DNA from: Aestuariivirga sp.
GTDB taxonomy: Bacteria > Pseudomonadota > Alphaproteobacteria > Rhizobiales > Aestuariivirgaceae
DNA length: 64,000 bases
NCBI GenBank assembly: GCA_031424315.1
Contig: JANPHF010000083.1
Span: 7,137 to 71,136, forward strand
Reading direction: 5' to 3'
The translations under genes were made by a program, and so were the position numbers. This document shows positions 45,963 through 56,266 of this stretch, piece by piece (the stretch's first letter is position 1; each line of letters begins with the position of its first letter). The notes below the pieces were generated by a model. The model ran no database searches. It had not been told where the DNA came from and saw only the letters and a list, made by a program, of their open reading frames with translations.

Positions 45963-46929
45963 GTCCTCAACTCTTGAAGCAACTGCCACCGAAGCCAGCC
46001 GCCTCGACAAATTTCTGGGTGCGCAGTTTGCTGATATCAGCCGCGCCCGCTTCCAGAGGCTTATTGCCGATGGCCATGTTTCTGTCGAGGGTGTGGTCAT
46101 TGCCGATGTGGGCCAAAAACTGAAGCCCGGGCAACATGTGCGTGTGACGGTGCCGGAAGCTGCCCCAGCTGAGCCACAAGGCGAAGCAATTGAACTCAAC
46201 ATTGACTTCGAGGACAAAGATCTCATTGTCATCAACAAGCCTGCCGGGCTCGTTGTGCACCCGGGCGCTGGCAACGAGACAGGCACACTGGTCAACGCCC
46301 TCATCGCCCATTGTGGCGACTCGCTTTCAGGCATTGGCGGCGTAAAGCGCCCAGGCATTGTGCATCGGCTGGACAAAGACACATCGGGCCTCTTGGTCAT
46401 CGCCAAGAATGACAAGGCGCATCAGGGCCTTTCCGAACAATTCGCCGCCCATGGCCGCGATGGCCGCTTGGAGCGCGAATATCTCGCCTTCATCTGGGGC
46501 AAGCCGGAGCGGCGCGCCGGCACGGTTCACACAGGTCTCGAACGCTCCTCCACCAACCGCCAGAAAATGGCGGTTTCCAAATCCGCAACTGCGCGCGAAG
46601 CAATCACCCATTGGGCGCTTGAGGAGGCCTACCCCGCTGCCAGCCTCATCCGATGCCGCCTCGAAACCGGGCGCACGCACCAGATCAGGGTTCACATGGC
46701 TTATATCGGCCACCCGCTGCTGGGTGACGGCACCTATGGCTCCGGTTTTGCAGCCTCGAAGTCAAAACTGGATGTGCCGACGCGCGAAGCACTGGCCAAA
46801 CTGCGCGGCCAGGCACTGCATGCGGCCGTTTTGGGTTTCAGCCATCCTCGCACTGCAAAGCAGATGCGCTTTGAAGCCCCCTTGCCGCCCGATCTTGCCG
46901 CGCTGCACAACAGTCTGAAATCCAGCTGA
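45961..46929 (+). CDS. rluD: 23S rRNA pseudouridine synthase, RluD family
   Basis: S4 domain (RLDKFL), then the catalytic HRLDKDTSGLLV motif. Confidence 0.85.
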   Translation: MSSTLEATATEASRLDKFLGAQFADISRARFQRLIADGHVSVEGVVIADVGQKLKPGQHVRVTVPEAAPAEPQGEAIELNIDFEDKDLIVINKPAGLVVHPGAGNETGTLVNALIAHCGDSLSGIGGVKRPGIVHRLDKDTSGLLVIAKNDKAHQGLSEQFAAHGRDGRLEREYLAFIWGKPERRAGTVHTGLERSSTNRQKMAVSKSATAREAITHWALEEAYPAASLIRCRLETGRTHQIRVHMAYIGHPLLGDGTYGSGFAASKSKLDVPTREALAKLRGQALHAAVLGFSHPRTAKQMRFEAPLPPDLAALHNSLKSS

Positions 46930-47036
46930 TCACTGAAATGTGACTTCTAAAGTTACAGAGACCTTTAAATCCGCCACAAACGACCTATATCACCAGCCTA
47001 GGGGCGGCCCCAAAGCGGGCCGGAAAGGATCAAAAA

Positions 47037-47954
47037 ATGGCTAAGCCAATGAATTTGCCTATGATTTCCAGCGGTGAAGGCAGCCTGAACCGCTACCTGC
47101 AGGATATCCGCAAGTTCCCTATGTTGACGCCTGAAGAAGAATATATGCTGGGCAAGCGCTGGAAGGAACACCAGGATCCCAAGGCAGCCGAGCGTCTTAT
47201 CACCTCACATTTGCGCCTCGTGGCCAAGATTGCCATGGGCTACCGCGGCTATGGCCTGCCCATCGGCGAAGTGATTTCCGAAGGCAACATCGGCCTGATG
47301 CATGCCGTGAAGCGCTTTGAGCCGGACAAGGGGTTCAAACTGGCCACCTATGCCATGTGGTGGATCAAGGCGCAGATTCAGGAATTTGTGCTGCGTTCGT
47401 GGTCGCTGGTCAAGATTGGCACCACATCTGGCCAGAAGAAGTTGTTCTTCAATCTCCGCAAGATGAAGAGCCGCATTCAGGCGCTGGAAGAAGGCGACTT
47501 GAGGCCCGATCAGGTGAAGCAAATTGCCAAGAAGCTCGGCGTTCAGGAAGCGGAAGTTATTTCCATGAACCGCCGTCTGATGGGCGATGCTTCGCTCAAC
47601 GCACCATTGCGTTCAGACGCGGATGGCGATGGCGAGTGGCAAGACTGGCTGGTGGATGACAATGACAGCCCGGAAACCGTTCTGGGCAACAATGAGGAAT
47701 CCGACCAGCGTAATGCCATGCTGACGGTGGCGCTCAAGACGCTCACCGACCGCGAACGCGAAGTGATCGAAGCCCGCAAACTACGCGATGAGCCAGCCAC
47801 GCTGGAGGACCTGTCGCAGAAATTCGGTGTGAGCCGTGAACGCATCCGCCAAATCGAAGTGCGTGCATTTGAAAAGCTGCAAAAAGCCGTGAAAGCTGCT
47901 GCCTCCAAAGCGCTGGCGCCGAAAACCAAGGCGCTGGCCCACGCGGCGCAATAA
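47037..47954 (+). CDS. rpoH: RNA polymerase sigma-32 heat-shock factor
   Basis: RpoH box SGQKKLFFNLRKMK and sigma70 regions 2-4 (HLRLVAKIA, GNIGLMHAVKRFEP). Confidence 0.95.
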   Translation: MAKPMNLPMISSGEGSLNRYLQDIRKFPMLTPEEEYMLGKRWKEHQDPKAAERLITSHLRLVAKIAMGYRGYGLPIGEVISEGNIGLMHAVKRFEPDKGFKLATYAMWWIKAQIQEFVLRSWSLVKIGTTSGQKKLFFNLRKMKSRIQALEEGDLRPDQVKQIAKKLGVQEAEVISMNRRLMGDASLNAPLRSDADGDGEWQDWLVDDNDSPETVLGNNEESDQRNAMLTVALKTLTDREREVIEARKLRDEPATLEDLSQKFGVSRERIRQIEVRAFEKLQKAVKAAASKALAPKTKALAHAAQ

Positions 47955-47974
47955 GCAGGTCAACTATCTTTTGG

Positions 47975-48004
47975 CAGGCGCGGATGAACTTCGCGCCTGT
48001 TTCA
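47975..48004. terminator. bidirectional terminator between rpoH and the CAP-domain gene
   Basis: CAGGCGCG-gatgaactt-CGCGCCTG followed by TTTCAGTTT. Confidence 0.65.
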
Positions 48005-48577
48005 GTTTCCGCCGCCCATATTCATGTTCGTGTGGACTTCCGGCCCAACAAATATTTCGTCTGCATAAGCTTTGCCGCCAAAGACGGCAACACCTGTGGC
48101 GACCCTTAAATAATCCCGTGACATCAACGTGTGCAGATGCGGTGGGCTGTTGAGCCAAGCCTGAAACAGCTGTTGTGCCAGCACGTCTGCAGCACCCCCA
48201 GCGGAGCGCATGGCAGCGTTCTCTCCCATTGCAGGCAGCACCATCACCCCAGGGCGCAGGGCATGCATGCGGCTGTCGAAGTCATGGCCAGAGGAAGCCG
48301 TGTGGCCCATGAAATTGTGCAGCGCCATATCAGCGGCATGGCCGCGCGCGGCTGATTTCAACGCAGCATCATCCGCCAATGGCGGCTTGCCATGAGCCAC
48401 CCGATAAGCATTGAGCAAGGCTTGCAGCCTGGCTTCCACCGTGGGTTGAAACATGTTCTGCGCCTGGCCTTGCGCCAACAGCCGCGAGAGGAGTGCAGCA
48501 TACTGTTCCGCCTGCGCCGCCCCTGAACCTGCGAGGGCGGCCACGGCAACCAAGAATCTTAAAAAAGTCTTGCTCAT
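48002..48577 (-). CDS. secreted CAP/SCP (PR-1-like) domain protein
   Basis: ATG 48577 gives signal peptide MSKTFLRFLVAVAALAGSGAAQA. Contains GHTASSGHDF and NSPPHLHTLMSRDY motifs. Confidence 0.7.
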   Translation of the reverse strand: MSKTFLRFLVAVAALAGSGAAQAEQYAALLSRLLAQGQAQNMFQPTVEARLQALLNAYRVAHGKPPLADDAALKSAARGHAADMALHNFMGHTASSGHDFDSRMHALRPGVMVLPAMGENAAMRSAGGAADVLAQQLFQAWLNSPPHLHTLMSRDYLRVATGVAVFGGKAYADEIFVGPEVHTNMNMGGGN

Positions 48578-48660
48578 TAACATCCTCGTAAGAAAAATCC
48601 GTCCATGTATCTTGGGTTCGGATACTCGAATCAACTTCAGGGCCGCGTTTACAACTTCAC

Positions 48661-50073
48661 ATGATGGATTGGCAGACAGCAACGCCGGAACAGCTTCAAG
48701 ATCGCATCAGGAAGCTTGAGGCTGACATTGAGCACATGTCGCGCCATGACCAACTCACCGGTCTTCTTGCCCGCACGGCCTTTGTAACCACGTTGGATAC
48801 GCGTGCCGACAAATGCGCCAACGGTGCGCTCATCGCAATTGCCGTGCGCGGCGTGCCTCGCATCGCAGGAACCTTGGGCCGCCATGTCGGCGATTACGTG
48901 ATTGCCGCGCTGGCAGCCCGCCTCAACGCCATGCTGCTGCCAGACGCCGAAAAGTGCCGCCTCGATCACAACCACTACGCCATCTATCTGCCCAAGGTTT
49001 CCGAACCACTGGAACCATTGACCATAGCCAAAGAGATCATCGCCGCCCTTTCCCAGCCGGTGGATTGGGTCGACAGGCGTCTGACTGTGGAAGTGGCCGC
49101 TGGCGTGGCACTTGCCGCAGACAATGACGGCGACGCCACTAGCCTCATTCACAACGCTGAGCTCGCCCTGAAATCCGCCGCTCTTCGTGGTGGCCCCGGC
49201 TATGCATTTTTTAACCCAGCGCTGGCCCAAAGCGCCAAACGCCGCAATGATGTCTTGCTGGCGCTGCAGAATGCCATCGAGATCCAGGCGCTGAGCCTGC
49301 AATATCAACCCGTCTACCATGCTGAAACCGGTCATTTGAGCGGTTTCGAAGCGCTCATGCGCCTCAACAGCCCAGAATTGGGGCCCGTATCGCCCGCCGA
49401 ATTCGTTCCGGTGGCTGAAGAGGCCGGACTCATCAACCGCCTCGGTGCCTGGGCGCTGGCGGAGGCCTGCCGCGCAGCTTCGGCCTGGCCGCATCATCTG
49501 ACGGTGTCGGTGAACATGTCGCCCGAGCAATTCTATTCGGGCAGCTTGGTGACAGACGTCCACAACGCGCTGGAGCTATCAAGCTTCCCTGCCTACCGGC
49601 TGGAACTTGAGATCACTGAAAGCACCTTGCTGAAAGACAACGAAACAGTCCTCACCCAACTCACAACTTTGCGCGAAATGGGCTGCACCATCGCGCTGGA
49701 TGATTTCGGCACCGGCTATTCAAGCCTGAGCTACCTGTGGAAATTTCCATTCTCAAAACTGAAAATTGACCGTGCCTTTGTGACGGCACTGGACACAACG
49801 CCCCTCGCGCGTGGCATGTTGCAATCCATCATCGCGCTCGCGCGCAACATCGGCATAAAGGTGACGGTTGAGGGCATTGAGACCAAGGCCCATGCCGACA
49901 CGCTCAAGGAACTTGGGGCGAATTTCCTACAAGGCTATTACCTCGGCAGGCCCATGAATGAAACGGACATGGCCTCGACCGTGCTCAAAGACATGGGCGC
50001 GGCCAAACGTTCCGCCCCGTCCCAAACCGAAGTGGGCTTCACGTTGCCTTTCGCCAAGTCCGCGGCGCAGTAA
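48661..50073 (+). CDS. degenerate-GGDEF / EAL c-di-GMP phosphodiesterase
   Basis: The EAL domain is intact (FEALMRL, DDFGTGYSSLSYL, KIDRAF, EGIET). The GGDEF signature position reads RLDHNHYAI. Confidence 0.8.
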   Translation: MMDWQTATPEQLQDRIRKLEADIEHMSRHDQLTGLLARTAFVTTLDTRADKCANGALIAIAVRGVPRIAGTLGRHVGDYVIAALAARLNAMLLPDAEKCRLDHNHYAIYLPKVSEPLEPLTIAKEIIAALSQPVDWVDRRLTVEVAAGVALAADNDGDATSLIHNAELALKSAALRGGPGYAFFNPALAQSAKRRNDVLLALQNAIEIQALSLQYQPVYHAETGHLSGFEALMRLNSPELGPVSPAEFVPVAEEAGLINRLGAWALAEACRAASAWPHHLTVSVNMSPEQFYSGSLVTDVHNALELSSFPAYRLELEITESTLLKDNETVLTQLTTLREMGCTIALDDFGTGYSSLSYLWKFPFSKLKIDRAFVTALDTTPLARGMLQSIIALARNIGIKVTVEGIETKAHADTLKELGANFLQGYYLGRPMNETDMASTVLKDMGAAKRSAPSQTEVGFTLPFAKSAAQ

Positions 50074-50079
50074 GATTCA

Positions 50080-51372
<1,293 letters not shown>

Positions 51373-51463
51373 CGCCAGATCCTTCATCACATGACAACGG
51401 CCCCGGCAGGATTCCTGCGGGGCCGTGAAAAGCTCTTACAGCATTGGCGGCTGGGTGCAAGCG

Positions 51464-53155
51464 TCAGTCCACAAGGCTCAAACGCACGTCCTTCGGGGCG
51501 GAAATCTTGTAGCCCGTCTTGATCTCGGCCTTGGCTTTCGGGTCCAACGCGAGGTCCCACGCCAACACACCGCGCTTGTGCTCCACGTCGGTGACACTGG
51601 CGGGCGTATTATCGGCCCTTTCGCTCACAAGAATCTTCTCATCACTCGAAAAGGGTTTCCGGTCGAGTATGCGAATGGGCATTTTCACATCATGCAGATT
51701 GTTGACGGAAATCAGCCAGCCCATCTCTTGCGTGTTGCTGGTGGAAAGGATCCCCTCCTCCGCCGTCAGCCGCTTCACCTCCGCGCGCTTGATCTTCACA
51801 AGATCATCTACGCCAAAGCCCAGCTTGGCCTCTTCACCGCCCGCAAGTTCAGGCATGTTCACCGCGCCCACATAGGCCGCATCGCGGAACAGATGCACTG
51901 GGCCCGCCAGCAGCGGCGCCTCCGCCTTGGCCATGAAGGCCGCCGTCAGGTAGGCATTGGCATCAAGCCGCGGCACAGCTTCCACCGAAAGTTTGGCGGG
52001 CAGTTCTTCTTCGTCGATCCGCACGGCCTTGGCAGTGCCGAGATTGTCCACATCCCTGCGTGCGGCAATTACGTATTGGGCTGTAAATCCAGCTTGCTGA
52101 ATTTCAGCTTGCTGGGTTGACACTGGTGCAAGCGCGTCGGCCTCGCCCTTGTCATCCTTGGCGATCAATTGATCTGCATTCATCGCCGGGGCCGAAGCCG
52201 GGGCATTGCGCTCAAGCGTAACTCCCCCAGTCGCCTTGGCCTTACGCGCCGCGAGTGGCTCTGGCTGCCAAATGGCAACTTCGCTTTCATCCAATGTTGG
52301 TGCTTCCGCAGCACCTGATGCTGCGGCAGTTGAAAGTGTCAGCTTCACATTGCTCCAGCTTTCGCCTGTGCGTTGCATCACTTCAGCCTGGCGTACCAGA
52401 CTGAACTTCGCCTCCTGCCCCGCCTTGGGCAGTGACAGCCGCGCATCGTAAAACGCATGCCACCCAGCTTCCGGCACCCGGTAAGTCACCTTGAATTGCG
52501 CCTGCGCCTCTTTGGCCGCATGCACATGAACTTTCACCTGCAGATGCGCGCTCTTCTCAGGTGACTGTTCATTCATCTGCGCTGAAAGTTCGGCAACCTC
52601 TTTGTCAATAGCGCGCTGACGCTGGTGACTGTCCTGAATGGCCTTGGACGATTCCGCCAAGCGTGTGGACACTGTTCCAACCAGCGTGTCGATGGCGCTG
52701 GCGTCGAGGGGCTTTGCATTCTCGCCCTTTCCGTCAATGGGGTGTTGCGCCAACGTCAACAACAAATTACGTTCGGCCTGTTTGTCGCTGATCAGTTGAT
52801 CGAGGCCAGATCGCTCGTCTTGCAGGGCTTCAATTCTCTCATTCAACTTCTTGCGCGTGGCATCCAACCCTTCCGCACCGTCTCGCACCAACTTGCTGTC
52901 AACTGAAGTGATGGAAACATCACCCTCAGCCACGCCTTCAACACGGATGGATTGGGCATCAGCGGATTGCGGTACGTCGTTGATGACAAGGGTGCTGTCA
53001 TCCGCCGCCACTTTCACTTCCACCAAGCGCGTGACATCGGCTCCTTCGGGATAAACTGTAACTGCGTCAATTTGTGATGGTGCGGGAATTTCAGCCGCTA
53101 AAGCCGATTGGGCGAATCCCGCAAAAACCGCCAATGCAATGAGAGACGTTTTCAT
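51464..53155 (-). CDS. DUF4139/DUF4140 (MuiA-like) secreted protein
   Basis: ATG 53155 with GGAGGAAAGA upstream. Signal peptide MKTSLIALAVFAGFAQSALA. N-terminal VTVYPEGADVTR pattern and a central coiled coil. Confidence 0.55.
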   Translation of the reverse strand: MKTSLIALAVFAGFAQSALAAEIPAPSQIDAVTVYPEGADVTRLVEVKVAADDSTLVINDVPQSADAQSIRVEGVAEGDVSITSVDSKLVRDGAEGLDATRKKLNERIEALQDERSGLDQLISDKQAERNLLLTLAQHPIDGKGENAKPLDASAIDTLVGTVSTRLAESSKAIQDSHQRQRAIDKEVAELSAQMNEQSPEKSAHLQVKVHVHAAKEAQAQFKVTYRVPEAGWHAFYDARLSLPKAGQEAKFSLVRQAEVMQRTGESWSNVKLTLSTAAASGAAEAPTLDESEVAIWQPEPLAARKAKATGGVTLERNAPASAPAMNADQLIAKDDKGEADALAPVSTQQAEIQQAGFTAQYVIAARRDVDNLGTAKAVRIDEEELPAKLSVEAVPRLDANAYLTAAFMAKAEAPLLAGPVHLFRDAAYVGAVNMPELAGGEEAKLGFGVDDLVKIKRAEVKRLTAEEGILSTSNTQEMGWLISVNNLHDVKMPIRILDRKPFSSDEKILVSERADNTPASVTDVEHKRGVLAWDLALDPKAKAEIKTGYKISAPKDVRLSLVD

Positions 53156-53467
53156 TCTTTCCTCCATGGGGCCCGATGCCCACGAGAAAGCAAACGCGCT
53201 GATCCGGCTTTTCTTCGGCGGCATGTTGGCCAAAAGGCGGCAAATTGCCTTTCTTTTGATGCAAATTCCGATCTTCTCCTTCAGTTCATCTCCATTGTTG
53301 TCATGCAATCAATCATCGTCCGGAATAATCTGCGGGCTGCAGCCGTATTCTGGCTAGGCGCATCGGGTTGCGTTTGATCGAACTGACATGTTGCTGACAA
53401 GAAACATGATTCATCGGTCAAGCGCATGGCGCTAGACGGGGATCAACTCTGTTTGGAGCCAAGATCC

Positions 53468-53824
53468 ATGACCACTGAAATCCTTCTCAAGCGCCGCCAC
53501 TTCCTGGTGCGGGCCGCCGGCCTTGGCGCTGTTGCGCTTTCTCTCACACCTCTTTCTGCCTTCGCCGAGGACGGCAATGGTGGTGGCGGAGAACATCAAT
53601 CGTCATCGAGCGGCTCTTCGGGCGAAAGCTCCAGCGGCTCCTCAGGCGAGAGCCATGGCAGTTCTTCAGACGATGATTCGAATGATGATAACTCCACCAC
53701 TGGCGCGAAGACCGAAAGCGACACCGAAGACGATTCAACTACACCAACATCAACCACCCCACCACCGCCTGCCGCCGCTGCTGCCGCAACAACCAGCAGG
53801 AGAAGGCGCCGCCGCAGGGGCTAA
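53468..53824 (+). CDS. Tat-signal small protein with acidic Ser/Gly/Asp low-complexity body and poly-Arg tail
   Basis: MTTEILLKRRHFLVRAAGLGAVALSLTPLSAFA, then GSSGESSSGSSGES...DDDSNDD...PPPPAAAAAA, ending RRRRRRRG. A terminator follows. Confidence 0.5.
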   Translation: MTTEILLKRRHFLVRAAGLGAVALSLTPLSAFAEDGNGGGGEHQSSSSGSSGESSSGSSGESHGSSSDDDSNDDNSTTGAKTESDTEDDSTTPTSTTPPPPAAAAAATTSRRRRRRRG

Positions 53825-53874
53825 AGACGCGAATGGCCAGCTTCCTGTTGCAGGCGAGCAGGTCGAAACCAACA

Positions 53875-53903
53875 AAGAGCCGGAATTGTTCCGGCTCTTT
53901 TCA
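53875..53903 (+). terminator. rho-independent terminator
   Basis: AAGAGCCGGAA-ttg-TTCCGGCTCTT followed by TTCAGTTT. Confidence 0.75.
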
Positions 53904-53986
53904 GTTTGAAATTGCTGCAACGGCCTGTTTCCTTTTGTCATGGGCTTGGTCTAAGTTGCTTGCATAATTAAAAAGGAAACTGTCTG

Positions 53987-55432
53987 ATGAAGAAAGCTGG
54001 CCTCGTCCTCGCCCTCCTTGCAACTTCGAGCTTGAACGCGCTCGCCGCCCCTTCGGCAGATGATGCGGCCAAGCTGCAGGCCAGCCTGCAATCCTATCTG
54101 GGCACCGCGCCGGACACACTGAAGGTGACGCCCGATGGCGATGGTTTCAAAGCCGTATTTGACTTCACCTCTGCGCTTGCTCCGGCAAAGGCTGATGGTG
54201 CGGATGTCTCTATTACCCCCATTGAATTGCACCTCACACCAGATGGCGCCGGCAAATGGAAAGTGAAGCACGACGGCGCCGTAAAGCTTACGATGAAACT
54301 AAAAGACCAGATGGACCTTGAGGAAAGCTTCGAAAACTTAACCCTCACCGGAACCTATGATGAAGCCCTCGCAGCTTTTACCGACTATGACGCCGCAACC
54401 GGCGCAGTCAGTTTCACTGAAAACATGACCGACTCGAGCGGCACAAATGTCAAAGCAGATGGCAAGTTCGATGGCATGAATGTGAAAGGCAGCGCTGCGG
54501 CCAATGCCACAGGCGGGGCAGACCTGAAACTCACCGAGACTGTCAGCGCAGGTAACCTTCACGAAGTGATCGGAAAAGCCGGCGAGGCGCCGCTCGACCT
54601 TCAAATCAAGTTTGCCGGTGGCGACATGAATGCCAGCATTGCAGGCGCAAAAACCGCTGCCTTTCTTCCGGTGTTGAAATTCCTCGTGGCACATCAAGAC
54701 AAGCAGGCCATGGTGAAAGACCAACAGGCGTTGAAGGACTTGCTCACAGCGCTGCTTCCCGTCTTCAGCAACGGCACGGGCCAGGCCAATATCAATAAAA
54801 TTGAAATCCAAACGCCTATGGGGCCAGCGGGCCTCGACAAGCTCACCGCAAGTTTCAATATCAATGGCGCGGTGAAGGACGGACACTTTGAAGAAGGCTT
54901 CGCGGTAGAAGGCCTGAGCCTGCCGCCAGCGCTTATGCCAGCCTGGGCCGCAAGCCTTCTGCCGAAGAAATCCGGTTTCAATATAGCCGTCTCTGGCTTC
55001 GATGCGGAAACGCCTGCCAAGGCCTGGCTGCAGGCCGCCGATTTTTCAAAGGATCAGCCGGTTGCCGACGACGTGTTGGCAGGCCTGATGGCCTCTCTCT
55101 TGCCCAAAGGAACGGTGGACGTCACCATCAACAAAACTGAAGTATCCAACGACAGCTACGCCTTCACCGCGGAAGGCACATTCGCAGCTGGGCCGCAGGC
55201 TGTGCCCTCAGGCAAGGCACATCTCACCGCCAAGGGATTGGATGAAATCATGAAAGTGATCCAGGCCTCGCCACCGGAAGCAGGTTTGCAAGGCGGTGCT
55301 GCGATGATCATCGCCGCCAAGGGCCTGGGCAAGGCAGGCAGCGACGGCGCTTTGACTTATGATGTGGAAGCCACGCCTGACGGCAAGGTCATGGTCAACG
55401 GCACAGACATGAGCAAGTTCGGCCAGCAATAA
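53987..55432 (+). CDS. secreted hypothetical protein (possibly DUF2125-like)
   Basis: Signal peptide MKKAGLVLALLATSSLNALA. 481 aa with no motif I can name. The family guess is weak. Confidence 0.45.
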   Translation: MKKAGLVLALLATSSLNALAAPSADDAAKLQASLQSYLGTAPDTLKVTPDGDGFKAVFDFTSALAPAKADGADVSITPIELHLTPDGAGKWKVKHDGAVKLTMKLKDQMDLEESFENLTLTGTYDEALAAFTDYDAATGAVSFTENMTDSSGTNVKADGKFDGMNVKGSAAANATGGADLKLTETVSAGNLHEVIGKAGEAPLDLQIKFAGGDMNASIAGAKTAAFLPVLKFLVAHQDKQAMVKDQQALKDLLTALLPVFSNGTGQANINKIEIQTPMGPAGLDKLTASFNINGAVKDGHFEEGFAVEGLSLPPALMPAWAASLLPKKSGFNIAVSGFDAETPAKAWLQAADFSKDQPVADDVLAGLMASLLPKGTVDVTINKTEVSNDSYAFTAEGTFAAGPQAVPSGKAHLTAKGLDEIMKVIQASPPEAGLQGGAAMIIAAKGLGKAGSDGALTYDVEATPDGKVMVNGTDMSKFGQQ

Positions 55433-55456
55433 TCCCGGCCACGTAGCGGAATGGAA

Positions 55457-55483
55457 AAGGGGTGCCTTGTGCGCCCCTTTTTT
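55457..55483. terminator. bidirectional rho-independent terminator
   Basis: AAGGGGTGC-cttgt-GCGCCCCTT followed by TTTT. Confidence 0.7.
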
Positions 55484-56257
55484 CTAGTCCTTCACGGCCA
55501 CCACATAGTTCAGCGGCATGCGCGCGCCATCGGCATAGATCACCTGGCCGGAAACATAGCTGGCCTCGTCAGAAGCGAGGAAAGCCGCAATCGTGGCCAT
55601 TTCAGAGGGTTCCCCCACACGGCCCATGGGTGTGCGCGAGAGGATGCGATTGCGCGCGGCCTTGTCGTTCATCACGCCCTTCAACATGTCCGTGTTGATT
55701 GAACCGGGACCAATGGCATTGACACGAATGCCGTATGGGGCAAGAGCCAGTGCTGCAACTTTGGTGAGCTGGCGCACACCGCCCTTGCTCATGGTGTAAG
55801 GAGCGATGGCCGGAATGGCGAGCGTGTCATTGACAGATGACATGTTCACGATGGCGCCCGGCTTGCGGCCCGACTCTGCTTGCTTCACCATTTCGCGTGC
55901 GCAGGCTTGCGACAGAAGGAATGAGCCCTTCAGGTTGATGCCAATCACCTTGTCGAATTGCTCCTCTGTGATTTCGAGGAATTCCCCCACGATCGAAATC
56001 GCGGCATTGTTCACCAGCACGTCCACGGCACCATGCTGTTTCAGCGTGGCAGCAACCAGGGCCTTGATGTCCGCGCTGTTGGACACGTCGCAATGCTGAT
56101 AGCTGGCACCCAATCGCATCGCTTCCTCCGTGCCTTCCTTGTCGAGCACATCGGCCAGCACCACCTTGGCCCCCTGCTTCACAAATTCTTCGGCAATGGC
56201 TAAGCCAATGCCACGGGCAGCGCCGGTGACGACGGCAACGCGGTCTTTCAGTTTCAT
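55484..56257 (-). CDS. SDR family oxidoreductase
   Basis: TGAARGIG cofactor motif, NNAA, and the S...YxxxK catalytic set (YTMSKGG). Confidence 0.85.
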   Translation of the reverse strand: MKLKDRVAVVTGAARGIGLAIAEEFVKQGAKVVLADVLDKEGTEEAMRLGASYQHCDVSNSADIKALVAATLKQHGAVDVLVNNAAISIVGEFLEITEEQFDKVIGINLKGSFLLSQACAREMVKQAESGRKPGAIVNMSSVNDTLAIPAIAPYTMSKGGVRQLTKVAALALAPYGIRVNAIGPGSINTDMLKGVMNDKAARNRILSRTPMGRVGEPSEMATIAAFLASDEASYVSGQVIYADGARMPLNYVVAVKD

Positions 56258-56266
56258 GATGTCCTC

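Noticed and set aside
46963-46990. Possible sigma32-type promoter (CTTTAA-N15-CCTATAT) upstream of rpoH
   Set aside because: The match to either the sigma70 or sigma32 consensus is partial, and I cannot distinguish it from chance without transcript mapping.
53523-53909. Alternative 128-aa frame overlapping the Tat-signal low-complexity gene
   Set aside because: It has no signal or motif, it runs through the terminator hairpin, and the other frame has a proper twin-arginine leader and a start context with GGAG.
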